From a bacterium (GTDB taxonomy: Bacteria > Patescibacteriota > Minisyncoccia > Phycocordibacterales > UBA2100), in assembly GCA_030674455.1 (NCBI GenBank), contig JAUSGQ010000020.1:13461-77460 (forward strand): a stretch of 64,000 nucleotides of DNA. The letters run 5' to 3'. The notes beneath the pieces were generated by a model, which was not told the origin of the DNA, did not search any database, and was given only the letters and a program-made list of their open reading frames with translations. How positions within the stretch are numbered: position 1 is the stretch's first letter; every line of letters begins with the position of its first letter. Shown here piece after piece: positions 8,326-18,808 of this stretch. The position numbers and the translations under genes are program-made.

Positions 8326-10533
8326 ATGAAGAAAAAGGTATATTCCCTGGAAATCGGGGGAAAGACATTAACAGCTGAATTCAATAATTGGGCAGACCAG
8401 GCAAACGGGAGCGTTTTGGTGCGCCTGGGGAACAGCGCGGTTCTTGCGACCGCGGTGATGGGTTCGAAAGAATCCGATAAAGATTATTTCCCGCTTTCTG
8501 TCGAGTACGAGGAAAAGTTTTACGCCGTCGGAGCGATTTTGGGCTCGCGATTCATGCGCCGAGAGGGAAGGCCTTCGGACGAAGCGATTCTTTCCGGCCG
8601 AATGGTAGACCGCACTATCAGACCGCTATTCCCAAAAGGATTGAAGCGCGACGTGCAGATAATTCTTACTGTTCTATCTATAGAAGACTACGACACGGAT
8701 GTCCTCGCAATTAACGCGGCATCGCTCGCGCTCGCGACCTCTAACATTCCGTGGAATGGCCCGGCTTCCGCCGTTCGTCTTGAACTTCCGTCGACCGAAA
8801 CCGGTGTCAGTGACGGACCGTACATCGTTAACCCGACATACAAAGAACGCGAAGCCGAGGGCGTTCGCATGGATCTCTTGGCATGCGGAAAGGACGGCCT
8901 CATCAACATGATGGAAGTCGGCGCCTCCGAGGTCGGAGAGGATGTGCTTGAGAAAGCGCTTGCGCAGGCGGGCGAGGAAATCGAAAAAATCCAGGCGTGG
9001 CAGAAACAGATCGTTTCGGAAATCGGCAAACCCAAGCAAGAATTCAAAGCTCCTGCGACAACACCCGAACTCGTTTCCGCGTTCGCCGAAATCGTGGAGC
9101 CTAAACTCGCCGCTTTGAACGGCACATTTTCAAAAGAAAGCAGCGGTGCCATAAAAAGTGAATGGCTAAAAACGGCAACTGAAAAACTTCCCGAAATTAC
9201 TCCGGGCAGAATTGATTCATATTACGAAGAGCGCGTTGATGCGTTCGTACACGAACTCGCACTGAAGGAAGGGAAGCGCGTTGACGGCAGAGCATTCGAT
9301 GAGATCAGGCCTCTGTTCGCGCAAGCTGGCGGAGTCTCCCCCATCATTCACGGCAGCGGACTTTTCTATCGCGGAGAAACGCACGTACTCGCGGCGCTCA
9401 CCTTGGGCGGCCCCGGCGATGCGCAACTCATAGACACAATAGAGTACCAGGATACGAAGAAAACGTTCATGCTCCATTACAATTTCCCTCCGTTTTCCGT
9501 TGGGGAAACAGGACGCGTGGGAGGAATGAACCGCAGGATGACTGGGCACGGCGCGCTCGCGGAAAAAGCGCTTCGCGCGGTTCTTCCCGAAAAAGAAAAG
9601 TTCCCCTACACCGTCCGTATCGTTTCTGAATGTCTCGCCTCTAACGGCTCGACTTCCATGGCGACGGTATGCGCGGGAACCCTGGCGCTCATGGATGCGG
9701 GAGTCCCAATAGAGCGGCCGGTTGCCGGCATCGCGATGGGACTCATGTCTGACGCAAAAACGGGCGCATACAAGGTTCTTACCGACATCCAGGGACCCGA
9801 AGACCACCACGGCGATATGGATTTTAAAGTTGCCGGAACATCGAATGGGGTGACAGCAGTCCAGATGGACGTGAAAGTTGAAGGCGTTCCACTCAAAGTC
9901 CTTGCCGAAGCGTTCGTGCAGGCAAAAAAGGCGCGCATGCAAATACTTGAAGTAATCACGAAAGAGCTTGCTGAACCGCGAGCAGACATCAGTCCGCGCG
10001 CTCCGAAAATCCTCACCATCAAAGTCAAAGTTGACCAAATCGGACTCGTCATCGGCCCCGGCGGCAAGACCATCAATGGAATCCGCGAGCGGACGCTCTG
10101 CGACGATATCACGATTGAAGAAGACGGAACGGTGTTTGTAACAGGCAAAGAGGGAACCGCCGACGCGGCCATAAAAGAAATTTATGACCTCACGCGCGAG
10201 TACGTGGTGGGCGAGCGATTGGAAGGCCCAGTCGTGCGCATGCTGGACTTCGGCGCGTTCGTGCAGATCGGCCCCAATACCGACGGACTCGTGCATGTCT
10301 CGGAAGTTGCGCCATTCCGAATTGATAAAATTTCAGACGCCGTGTCTATCGGCGAAGTAGTTCCTGTCGTAATAAAAGAAATTGATGAGAAAGGGCGGTA
10401 TAATCTATCCATCAAGGCAGCCGATCCGGAGTTCGCTTCCCGCAAGGGTCTGACTCCCAGCAAGGGCGGCCCCGATTATGGACGAAACGAATCCGACAGA
10501 CACCACAGCAAGCCGCACCACCGCCGGATCTAA
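8326..10533 (+). CDS. pnp: Polyribonucleotide nucleotidyltransferase (PNPase)
   Basis: YFPLSVEYEEK, RREGRPS, LHYNFPPFSVGE, SNGSTSMA, GDMDFKVAG, KH and S1 domains. Confidence 0.97.
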   Translation: MKKKVYSLEIGGKTLTAEFNNWADQANGSVLVRLGNSAVLATAVMGSKESDKDYFPLSVEYEEKFYAVGAILGSRFMRREGRPSDEAILSGRMVDRTIRPLFPKGLKRDVQIILTVLSIEDYDTDVLAINAASLALATSNIPWNGPASAVRLELPSTETGVSDGPYIVNPTYKEREAEGVRMDLLACGKDGLINMMEVGASEVGEDVLEKALAQAGEEIEKIQAWQKQIVSEIGKPKQEFKAPATTPELVSAFAEIVEPKLAALNGTFSKESSGAIKSEWLKTATEKLPEITPGRIDSYYEERVDAFVHELALKEGKRVDGRAFDEIRPLFAQAGGVSPIIHGSGLFYRGETHVLAALTLGGPGDAQLIDTIEYQDTKKTFMLHYNFPPFSVGETGRVGGMNRRMTGHGALAEKALRAVLPEKEKFPYTVRIVSECLASNGSTSMATVCAGTLALMDAGVPIERPVAGIAMGLMSDAKTGAYKVLTDIQGPEDHHGDMDFKVAGTSNGVTAVQMDVKVEGVPLKVLAEAFVQAKKARMQILEVITKELAEPRADISPRAPKILTIKVKVDQIGLVIGPGGKTINGIRERTLCDDITIEEDGTVFVTGKEGTADAAIKEIYDLTREYVVGERLEGPVVRMLDFGAFVQIGPNTDGLVHVSEVAPFRIDKISDAVSIGEVVPVVIKEIDEKGRYNLSIKAADPEFASRKGLTPSKGGPDYGRNESDRHHSKPHHRRI

Positions 10534-11983
10534 TCCCGCGCCGGCCGCGGCTCCTTCACCTTCCGCACCAATTGATACTTCAGCTATCGATAGGGCAGCT
10601 GCTACTATATCCGAGCAAATTGTTTCTCACTCAAGAAAGACCCCTACACCTCCCGCGCCGCCAATTCCGCCTCCCCAACCGGCACCGGCAGTTTCACCTG
10701 CTGTTCCACCACCGCCGGTTCGATCAATTCCTGTTCCGCCGATTCAACCGATTCAGCCTGTTCAGCCGCCGATTGCAGAAGCCGCGCCGGCGGCCATAGT
10801 CGCCCCATCTCCAAGTGATAGCGAAAAAGCCGCTCCGCCGGCGGCAATGGAACAGACACCGAAAAAACCTCTGCGCGAGGATATCGCGCGCATTATTGAT
10901 AAAATAAAACTGCCTGAACGAATGACGGTTAAAATCAGCGGGGAGAAACCAAAAGCCCCGGCCGCTCCGCCTCCGCCGCCGCCAACTCCTATTGAAGAAA
11001 AAGCGCCTGCGGGACCTGTGGGAAATGAAATACCGCCCCCCGCTGGCAAGGAGCAAGCGGCTAGCCTCAATGCATCTGCAGAAAAAGAGCCGGAATCGTC
11101 CGTCTTCTCTGTCCACACGCTGAAGGACGACCTGCAAAATGTAGTGCGCGATAAAAAAATGTCCCTCGTGCGCGCCGTTGCACTGGAGTCGGAAAAGAAA
11201 AAGGGGCAGGAACATCTGACCCGCGAGAGCATCAATTCGCCTCACGCGCGCAAAATTCTGGGTATCGTATTTGCCATCACAGTTTTTCTCGCGCTTGCCC
11301 TCGTCGCATACTTCGGCGCTCGAGGCATCCTTCAGCAAAATGCCGGGACTCCACAACCGGGCGCTCCTACTGCCCTTATATTTACCGAGAAAACTCTTTC
11401 GTTCCCTAGGGGCGCGCTCGAGGGACTTGATTTGAAGCGCACCCTCATCATCGGAGCGCGAAACGCTGCGCAGGTTCCTCTTGGCGGCATCGTGCAAATA
11501 GTTCCGACATCTCCGGCGGCGGGCGCAGATGGTAGCGCACAGGAACAGCCGATGAACATCGGAGAATTCTTGGGTGTCATCGGAGCGCAAGCTTCGCCGG
11601 AATTAATTCGCGCCTTCAGCGGCAACTTTTTCCTCGGCCTTCACCAGATAGTCAGTAAACTTTCTCCCGTTCTGATAATTCCGGTTAATTCATACGAGCG
11701 TGGTTTCGCCGGCATGCTTGCATGGGAGCCCACGATGAACGCGGACCTCTCGCCGATATTTACAACTGTTCCAGCGCAAACGATCGATGAGCGAGGCGTC
11801 TTAGTGGATAGGCAATTTCAGGATGAACTCCTCAACAACTTCGACGTACGGGTTCTGCGGGACGACTCGGGAGCAATCCAAATGCTGTATTCATTTCCAA
11901 CGCGCACGATGCTCATTATCTCGGAGAGCCCGTATTCATTTACGGAAAGTTTAAGCCGCCTGCGCGCAAGCCGCCAACTATAA
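10478..11983 (+). CDS. Proline-rich membrane-anchored hypothetical protein
   Basis: Pro/Ala-rich N-terminus, one TM (ILGIVFAITVFLALALVAYFG), globular C-terminal domain. Confidence 0.75.
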   Translation: MDETNPTDTTASRTTAGSNPAPAAAPSPSAPIDTSAIDRAAATISEQIVSHSRKTPTPPAPPIPPPQPAPAVSPAVPPPPVRSIPVPPIQPIQPVQPPIAEAAPAAIVAPSPSDSEKAAPPAAMEQTPKKPLREDIARIIDKIKLPERMTVKISGEKPKAPAAPPPPPPTPIEEKAPAGPVGNEIPPPAGKEQAASLNASAEKEPESSVFSVHTLKDDLQNVVRDKKMSLVRAVALESEKKKGQEHLTRESINSPHARKILGIVFAITVFLALALVAYFGARGILQQNAGTPQPGAPTALIFTEKTLSFPRGALEGLDLKRTLIIGARNAAQVPLGGIVQIVPTSPAAGADGSAQEQPMNIGEFLGVIGAQASPELIRAFSGNFFLGLHQIVSKLSPVLIIPVNSYERGFAGMLAWEPTMNADLSPIFTTVPAQTIDERGVLVDRQFQDELLNNFDVRVLRDDSGAIQMLYSFPTRTMLIISESPYSFTESLSRLRASRQL

Positions 11984-12002
11984 CCGCCAGAACAAAACTG
12001 AT

Positions 12003-12170
12003 AACCACAAGCTTCAAGCTCCAAAAGCCAAACTTCCCGCCTGCGCCGAGGCTTCTGCGGGCAGGCAAACAAAATCTCAATGTTTAAATTCCAAACCACC
12101 AAACTGTTTCCGAGTTTGGAGCTTGGATATTGGAGCTTGTTTGATATTTGGAGCTTGGGATTTAGATTTT
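12003..12170. repeat. Empty inverted 7-mer array pair (GCTCCAA.../...TTGGAGC) with a 30-bp palindromic unit at 12036-12065
   Basis: ccacaa gcttcaa gctccaa aagccaa ... gtttgga gcttgga tattgga gcttg. Confidence 0.7.
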
Positions 12171-12230
12171 TGTTCATACTCTTCCGCATACTGGTCATCT
12201 GCGGCTCACTCATGTATTATGTCGCACATG

Positions 12231-12365
12231 CCCGGTAGGACAATTTCGAATTGCTTTGTATGAATATTCACCAGCGTACCGCAAGAAATATTTCTCTAAT
12301 CACACTTTGCATGGTCTTTATTATTCCACCGACAACAGTAATTATTCGAAATTGTACTAACCGGG
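12231..12365. mobile_element. MITE-like CCCGG element, copy E3 (135 bp)
   Basis: CCCGGTAGGACAATTTCGAA...TTCGAAATTGTACTAACCGGG, flanks CATG/TATG. Confidence 0.8.
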
Positions 12366-12366
12366 T

Positions 12367-12735
12367 ATGACACACATCAACGCTCAAGAATTAAACGATT
12401 TTCGCGCGGAGCTTGAGGCAGAGGTGGACTCGCTCAAGGAGGAACTTGCCTCGCATGGAAAAGCAACTCCCGAAACAGGAGACTGGCAGGGAACAAAGGG
12501 AGAACTTAACGGAGAAGAAGCCGACCCGAACGACGCGGCAGACCAGATGGAAGAACTTGCGACAAATGTTCCTCTCGTGGAGGAGCTTGAAAAAAGATAT
12601 AAGGACGTCGCATCCGCACTGGAGAAGATCGAGAATAATGCATATGGTGTTTGCGAGAAATGCGGTGAGGAAATCCCACTGAAACGATTGCGTGCAAATC
12701 CGGCCGCGCGCACATGCGTAGATCACAGTAAGTAA
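12367..12735 (+). CDS. TraR/DksA C4-type zinc-finger protein
   Basis: ADPNDAAD acidic tip; YGVCEKCGEEIPLKRLRANPAARTCVDH. Confidence 0.88.
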   Translation: MTHINAQELNDFRAELEAEVDSLKEELASHGKATPETGDWQGTKGELNGEEADPNDAADQMEELATNVPLVEELEKRYKDVASALEKIENNAYGVCEKCGEEIPLKRLRANPAARTCVDHSK

Positions 12736-12897
12736 TAGATAGTCAGTGGTCGATTTTTTCGTTGATATTTCAACGAGCAAAAATCGCGTCGAAATTGAAC
12801 GCAATTTCGACGCAGTAGTTGTTAATAGAAAAAATGCAAATTGGATTGTCCACTTTGGGCGCTACAATTTGCCAGCAACTAGCTGTAAGCTACGACA

Positions 12898-14454
12898 ATG
12901 GGAAAGAAACAGGCGATTGCTTCCGGTTTCGCGCGGCTCTCCGGTGCGCAACCCGCACTGCCGCGAGCGCATGTCGTTTCCGTTGAGACGGACATCACAA
13001 AAGGGCTTCACGCGTTTACGATAGTCGGACTCCCAGATAAATCGGTGGAGGAGGCGAAAGACAGGATCGCATCCGCGATAAAAAATAGCGGTTTCGAATC
13101 GCCCAAGAGGAGTAATAAAAAGATAGTGTTGTCGCTCGCCCCTGCAACTCTTCGAAAAGAGGGAGGGGCTTTTGATTTGCCGATGGCGCTCTGTTTTTTA
13201 CTCGCATCGGAACAGATGAAGTTCAATCCAGCAGGTAAAATGTTCGCCGGGGAGTTGGCACTCGACGGCGAAGTGCGCGCGATACCGTGTGCGCTTTCAA
13301 TCGCGCTCTCCGCACGCGACAAGGGTTTCAAAGAATTCTTTCTTCCAGAAGAAAATTTGGAGGAGGCGTCTCTGGTTTCCGGAATCTCTCTATTCGGGGT
13401 GAGTACGCTTAAAGAACTGGTTGAACACTTGAGCGGTATTAAGCTCATCGCGTCATTTGTAAAAAAAGAAAATTCGCAGGTCAGAAAAGACATCGAAATA
13501 GACGGTCCTATCTTTGACGATATACGCGAGCAAAAAAGTGCGAAGCGCGGATTGGAAATCGCGGTCGCCGGCAGACACAACATCGCGCTCTATGGTCCGC
13601 CGGGAACGGGAAAAACGATGCTTGCCCGCGCGGCCACAGCGCTTCTGCCGGAACTTTCGCCGGAAGAAATCATTGAGGTGACGATGATACATTCGCTCGC
13701 AGGAACGTCCGGCGGGCGGGCGATAGTGAGCGCGCCGTTTCGAAGCCCGCATCACACTTCATCATACTCATCGCTCATCGGTGGCGGTTCATCAAGCCCT
13801 CGAGCGGGAGAAGTCACTCTTGCGCACAGAGGAGTTTTGTTCCTCGACGAATTTCCGGAGTTCCATCGCGACGTCGTGCAGGCGCTTCGAGAGCCGCTGG
13901 AAGACAAAGTAGTTTCAATTTCGCGGGCTAAAGGCTCCGCCATATTTCCCGCGAACTTCATGCTTATCGCCGCACTGAACCCATGCCCGTGCGGATTTTG
14001 GGGGACTGCGCGCTGTGAGTGTATGCCGCACATCGTAGAAAAATACCGCCGAAAAATTTCCGGCCCTGTCGCCGACAGAATTGATATGTGGGTCTCTGTC
14101 GGCGACATCGCGCCCGAAGCAATGACGGCGCGAAAAAGAAAAGAGGCCGGGGAAACCGAAGCCGTACGTTCACGAATACTAAAAGCCCGCACGCGGCAAA
14201 GAGAGCGTTTCATCAATGCGAAGGGACTTTCCACGAATGCCGACATGAAAGCGAAACAAATTGATACGCTCGCTAAACTTTCACCCAAAGCGGAAGAAAC
14301 CTTGGTCGGCGCGGCCCGTTCTCTAAAACTTTCTCCCCGCGGTTATCATCGCACCATCAAGCTCGCCCGCACCGTCGCCGACTTAGCCGAAAGTGAAACG
14401 ATTGAGCCCTCTCACATGCTTGAAGCTCTTCAATATCGAGCCCGGGAATTGTAA
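12898..14454 (+). CDS. comM: YifB/ComM Mg-chelatase-like AAA+ ATPase
   Basis: IVGLPDKSVEEAKDR, GELALDG, GPPGTGKTMLA, PFRSPHH, LAHRGVLFLDE, NPCPCG. Confidence 0.92.
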   Translation: MGKKQAIASGFARLSGAQPALPRAHVVSVETDITKGLHAFTIVGLPDKSVEEAKDRIASAIKNSGFESPKRSNKKIVLSLAPATLRKEGGAFDLPMALCFLLASEQMKFNPAGKMFAGELALDGEVRAIPCALSIALSARDKGFKEFFLPEENLEEASLVSGISLFGVSTLKELVEHLSGIKLIASFVKKENSQVRKDIEIDGPIFDDIREQKSAKRGLEIAVAGRHNIALYGPPGTGKTMLARAATALLPELSPEEIIEVTMIHSLAGTSGGRAIVSAPFRSPHHTSSYSSLIGGGSSSPRAGEVTLAHRGVLFLDEFPEFHRDVVQALREPLEDKVVSISRAKGSAIFPANFMLIAALNPCPCGFWGTARCECMPHIVEKYRRKISGPVADRIDMWVSVGDIAPEAMTARKRKEAGETEAVRSRILKARTRQRERFINAKGLSTNADMKAKQIDTLAKLSPKAEETLVGAARSLKLSPRGYHRTIKLARTVADLAESETIEPSHMLEALQYRAREL

Positions 14455-14463
14455 GTTATAATC

Positions 14464-14491
14464 ATTCTAGTATTTTGCAAAATACTAGAAT
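14464..14491. repeat. 28-bp palindrome ATTCTAGTATTTTGCAAAATACTAGAAT
   Basis: Perfect palindrome; copies at 14775-14802 and 20871-20898, variant at 18819-18877. Confidence 0.8.
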
Positions 14492-14507
14492 GGTTTAGAA
14501 TTCTCAT

Positions 14508-14804
14508 ATGCCTGACTTAAACATCAACCCAACAACTAATAATTACCGACGCCTCGAAAGAGTCGTAAAGGGTTTCGCTAATCATCGGCGGTTAGAGATC
14601 TTACATTTGTTACACAAGAGTCCGGAACTTTCAGTTGAGGATATTTCGGAGATATTGGACATCGGGTATGAAAACGCATCCGACCATCTTCGCAAAATGG
14701 CAATCGCTGGTTTAATTCTGAAGCGCAACGAGGGCAACAATGTTAGACACAAACTCACGACGCGCGCAGAATCTATTCTAGTATTTTGCAAAACACTAGA
14801 ATAG
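14508..14804 (+). CDS. ArsR-family winged-HTH regulator
   Basis: KGFANHRRLEILHLL...LSVEDISE...ASDHLRKMAIAGLI. Confidence 0.82.
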   Translation: MPDLNINPTTNNYRRLERVVKGFANHRRLEILHLLHKSPELSVEDISEILDIGYENASDHLRKMAIAGLILKRNEGNNVRHKLTTRAESILVFCKTLE

Positions 14805-15029
14805 ATTCTCCTCGGAATTCTCTCGCAATTGCTGCAGCTAGATGCGGACAAAAAGAGTTCTCGCGTTAGTCGCGAATTTTCTAACTTTTTCGCGCCGGTC
14901 AAAGATTTCGTTTCACATCGCTTTAGGTTTTTTCTTCCTCAATCTCCCTGGCCAGCATATAGGACATGGTCCGCTTCCCTGATATCGATGTCCCCGGCTG
15001 CATGTTTTCCAATTCTTTTGTTCCATTTT

Positions 15030-15533
15030 TTAGCGAAGAGAATCTGAAAGCTTGTCGAAGGATTGATTCCATCCCTGCGCCGTCAAATCACCCATCATTC
15101 CCTCGGGAAGTCCTTTGTGCCGCAGTGTCATAAGCGTGCGGCCACCCTCCACGTCTTCGAATATTACCGAGAATTCAAGTTCCATGGGAAAACCCTCCAT
15201 GCCGTAATGAGTAGACGAAACAACATTTCCTTTTTCATCGGCGAAACTGTCGGTCATCACGAGTTTTTTCGCGGGGACGACTTCTTTATATGTGCCGGTA
15301 CTCCAGAAATCCTGAACAGGCGCCTCGGGCGAGGATTTGCCCCGCATGCAAAACAAATATTTACCGCCCTCCCGTAAATCAATCGAGATTGAGGGGGCTG
15401 TAAAATCTTTCGGGCCCCACCATTTTTTCACCTGTTCCGGTTCTGTCCATGCGCGCCATATTTTTTCGCTCGGCGCGTCAAAAAAGCGGGTAATGGTAAG
15501 CAATCCACCCTCAATTGTTGTGGCTTCTTTCAT
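15030..15533 (-). CDS. SRPBCC/AHSA1-like (START-fold) protein
   Basis: ITRFFDAPSEKIWRAWTEPE..KKWWGP; GWNQSFDKL. Confidence 0.88.
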   Translation of the reverse strand: MKEATTIEGGLLTITRFFDAPSEKIWRAWTEPEQVKKWWGPKDFTAPSISIDLREGGKYLFCMRGKSSPEAPVQDFWSTGTYKEVVPAKKLVMTDSFADEKGNVVSSTHYGMEGFPMELEFSVIFEDVEGGRTLMTLRHKGLPEGMMGDLTAQGWNQSFDKLSDSLR

Positions 15534-15677
15534 GTGCGTACATTCTGCCCAACCGAATCTAGAATTTCCATGAAGAGCATGCGAAATACACTCTCACAGA
15601 ATCTTCATCGGGGTACAGGTACTCTTGAAAACTGGTCTGCAAATATTATTTAATCGACCAAAATTTTATCGACATAT

Positions 15678-18338
15678 ATGCAATACAATATGCAACGATT
15701 CAGTATCGCCGGTATTTGTATATCGGCTCTTATTATTAGCGCAGTGGTTGCTTACGCGGGACTGCAAATAGTTTCCGCTCAAGCGACGGCAACTCTAACA
15801 CTGCATAAAGTAGTAATAAATAACAACGGCGGCGCAGCAACGACCACGGATTGGACGCTTCAGGCAAGCGGGACGACTCCACTTTCGGGAGTAGATGGCA
15901 GTGCGGCAGTAACAAACGCGGCGGTTGAACCCGACACGTACAGTCTTGGCGAATTCGGGCCATCCGGATATACCTCTGCGGGTTGGGTCTGTACTGGAAC
16001 GGGAAATCAAACCGATAGCAACACGATAGTCCTCGGGGCAAATCAGAATGCGACATGTACCATAACGAATGATGATGTTGCGACCGTAAGAGTTCATACG
16101 CTCAAGTACCTCGACGGTTTGGAAGCGACGTCCGCCTCCGCGAACAACTACCAGTTTCCTGTGAGGGGAACATGGAAAGCTTCGAACATCAACGGCGGAG
16201 CTACGACAACCGTTGACTTCCTACTCGGTGTTAATGCGGGCGGTGCTCCTGAACAATATGGCGCGCTCACTGAGCCCCTGGCTTCACCAGCATACTTCTC
16301 CTTATTCGAAATTCCCAACACTGTAGATGGCACGAGCCAGGTCTTGCCGATAGGTGCGCAGTGCGAGGCGGGGAAATACCGGCTGCTTGGATATTCGTCG
16401 AGCGTCGCTGGTTTCGGCGATGCTGCAATTCAGCCCATTAGCACTTCAACGCCCGAATTTATCAACCTCGCGACGGATAGATATCTCATTGTATGGAACG
16501 AGAACTGCGATACGCCGAAACTCACCGTCAACAAGGTTGTGATAAATGACGACGGCGGAGAGGCGACTGTACCCAACTTCACCCTCTTCATTGACAACTC
16601 GACGACAACTTCCGGAGTTGCTTCATCAACTACGGTCGGAGCGCACGTCGTATCTGAAGCGCCAGATTCCGAATACACAGGCACAATCAGCGGCGATTGC
16701 GATTCGAACGGAAATGTGACCCTGGCTGCTGGAGAGAATAAGACATGTACGATTACCAACAATGACATAGCGGCAACAACAACGCCGCCAACCCTGACAG
16801 TAAACAAAGTTGTCATTAATGACGACGGCGGCACGGCGACGACCACAGACTTCACGCTGTTCATTGATAACGCAACGACCACTTCCGGAGTTGCTTCCAC
16901 AACTTCAGTCGGTGCGCACGTTGTATCGGAAGGGGCGCACTCAGGATACGCAGCGACGATTGGCGGTGATTGCGACGCCAGTGGCAACATCACATTGGCA
17001 TCCGGAGAGAACAAGACCTGTACGATTACCAACAACGATATAGCAGCGACAACGACGCCGCCAACTCTGACCGTAAACAAGGTTGTGATAAATAACGATG
17101 GCGGAACGGCAACAACGAGCGACTTTACGCTGTTCATTGACAACGCGACGACCACTTCCGGAACAACTGCCACGACGACAGTGGGCGCGCATGTGGTATC
17201 GGAAGGTGCTCACGCTGGCTATGCGGAAACGATTAGCGGCGATTGCGATTCGAACGGAAATGTGACTCTGGCTGCTGGAGAGAATAAGACATGTACGATT
17301 ACCAACAATGACATAGCGGCAACAACGACGCTGAAGGTTCACATTCTTAAGTACCTCGACGGCGCAATGGCAACGGCTAGCTCATCAAACAATTACCAAT
17401 TCCCGATGACATCGACGTGGCAGACGGCAAATCTTAATGGAGGCGCCACTACTACTGGCAGCTTTGTCCTGGGCAACTTCCACGGCGGAGCCGCGGATCA
17501 ATACGGAGCGGACACATCAGCGATGGAGGCACCGGCATACTACACAACTTCGGAAATAACCGACAATACAAGCTTGGTGTTGCCGCCGGAGGCGCAGTGC
17601 GAGACTGGCAAGTACCGACTGGTTGGATATTCGACTAGTACTATCAGTTTTGCCGACGCTGCGTTACAGCCCTCAAGCACGAGTACGCCGGAGTTCATTG
17701 GATTGAATTCGGATCGCTTCGTTATCGTGCGCGATGTCACATGCACAACGCCGACACCTCCTCCTTCGAATGTGTGCAGCCTCTCGCAAGCACCAAGCGG
17801 ATACACTCTGCAAAATGGAACGCCTGGACATGATAACGTAACGCTCGCTCCCAATACCATGTTCGTGGGAATGGGCGGCAACGATAGAGTAACTGCAGGC
17901 GACGGCAACTACATCATCTGTACCGGCACTGGCAACGATAGGATACGAACGGGGAACGGCGACGTTATCATCGACGCGGGCGACGGTAATAATTCCGTCG
18001 TGACCGGCGACGGCACGGGAGATATCACGACTGGTTCAAAGAATGACAAGATTACGACCGGGACGGGTACTCACACCATCAATGCTGGCGATGGAAACAA
18101 CAACATCCGAACCGGCGACGGCGACCAGATGGTGACGACCGACACCGGCAACGACAAGATAACGACGGGCAACGGCAACGACACAGTATCGGCCGGCAAT
18201 GGTAACAACAATATCAAGACCAATGGCGGCACCGATACCATCACGGCCGGAACAGGGAATGATAAGGTCGACGGCGGGTCTGGAACCGATAGCTGCAATG
18301 CCGATGGCGGCTTCAACTCGGTAACCAACTGTCCGTAA
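15678..18338 (+). CDS. Secreted repeat protein (prealbumin/SpaA-like repeats plus C-terminal RTX-like Gly/Asp repeats)
   Basis: N-terminal signal; 4x LT(V/L)xKVVINxxGG...CTITNxD; 2x VHxLKYLDG...DRxxIV domain; GxGND-type repeats. Confidence 0.8.
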   Translation: MQYNMQRFSIAGICISALIISAVVAYAGLQIVSAQATATLTLHKVVINNNGGAATTTDWTLQASGTTPLSGVDGSAAVTNAAVEPDTYSLGEFGPSGYTSAGWVCTGTGNQTDSNTIVLGANQNATCTITNDDVATVRVHTLKYLDGLEATSASANNYQFPVRGTWKASNINGGATTTVDFLLGVNAGGAPEQYGALTEPLASPAYFSLFEIPNTVDGTSQVLPIGAQCEAGKYRLLGYSSSVAGFGDAAIQPISTSTPEFINLATDRYLIVWNENCDTPKLTVNKVVINDDGGEATVPNFTLFIDNSTTTSGVASSTTVGAHVVSEAPDSEYTGTISGDCDSNGNVTLAAGENKTCTITNNDIAATTTPPTLTVNKVVINDDGGTATTTDFTLFIDNATTTSGVASTTSVGAHVVSEGAHSGYAATIGGDCDASGNITLASGENKTCTITNNDIAATTTPPTLTVNKVVINNDGGTATTSDFTLFIDNATTTSGTTATTTVGAHVVSEGAHAGYAETISGDCDSNGNVTLAAGENKTCTITNNDIAATTTLKVHILKYLDGAMATASSSNNYQFPMTSTWQTANLNGGATTTGSFVLGNFHGGAADQYGADTSAMEAPAYYTTSEITDNTSLVLPPEAQCETGKYRLVGYSTSTISFADAALQPSSTSTPEFIGLNSDRFVIVRDVTCTTPTPPPSNVCSLSQAPSGYTLQNGTPGHDNVTLAPNTMFVGMGGNDRVTAGDGNYIICTGTGNDRIRTGNGDVIIDAGDGNNSVVTGDGTGDITTGSKNDKITTGTGTHTINAGDGNNNIRTGDGDQMVTTDTGNDKITTGNGNDTVSAGNGNNNIKTNGGTDTITAGTGNDKVDGGSGTDSCNADGGFNSVTNCP

Positions 18339-18359
18339 CAAGCTTCGGCGCGAAATCAT

Positions 18360-18393
18360 CACTAAAAGTCCCCGTTCGCGGGGACTTTTAGTG
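18360..18393. terminator. Intrinsic terminator (possibly bidirectional)
   Basis: CACTAAAAGTCCCCG-TTCG-CGGGGACTTTTAGTG. Confidence 0.8.
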
Positions 18394-18469
18394 TTCTGCT
18401 ACCCATCTCATTTTTTCTTCATTCGATCCGAATACAATCGGAGTATTAGTAATAATTATTCAAACTTAT

Positions 18470-18808
18470 ATGAAAAAATTTCTTGTAATTTATAAAGCGC
18501 CAAGTGAGGAGTTCCAAAAACTAATGGCCAATTCAACTCCAGAAGAACAGAAGAAAGGCATGGAAGATTGGGGAAAGTGGATGAAGGAACATAGTGCGGA
18601 ACTCGTAGACGGAGGAGCGCCCGTCGGAAAAACCAAGCAAGTGACAATGGACAGCGTTACGGATATTAAAAACGACATCGGTGGATACTCGATTGTTCAG
18701 GCCGAATCTCATGATGATGCCGCGAAAATCTTCACCGACAGCCCGCATTTTTCCGTCCCGCGCTCATCAATTGAAGTGATGGAAATCATGCCCATGCTTA
18801 CGAATTAA
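18470..18808 (+). CDS. YCII-related (DGPF-like) domain protein
   Basis: MKKFLVIY...WGKWM...LVDGGAP...IGGYSIVQAES. Confidence 0.75.
   Translation: MKKFLVIYKAPSEEFQKLMANSTPEEQKKGMEDWGKWMKEHSAELVDGGAPVGKTKQVTMDSVTDIKNDIGGYSIVQAESHDDAAKIFTDSPHFSVPRSSIEVMEIMPMLTN

Noticed and set aside
12228-12263. TGA recoding (genetic code 25) allowing readthrough of the element uORFs
   Set aside because: Conserved genes such as dnaN and ruvB end in TGA at expected positions and none shows internal TGA; code 11 fits.
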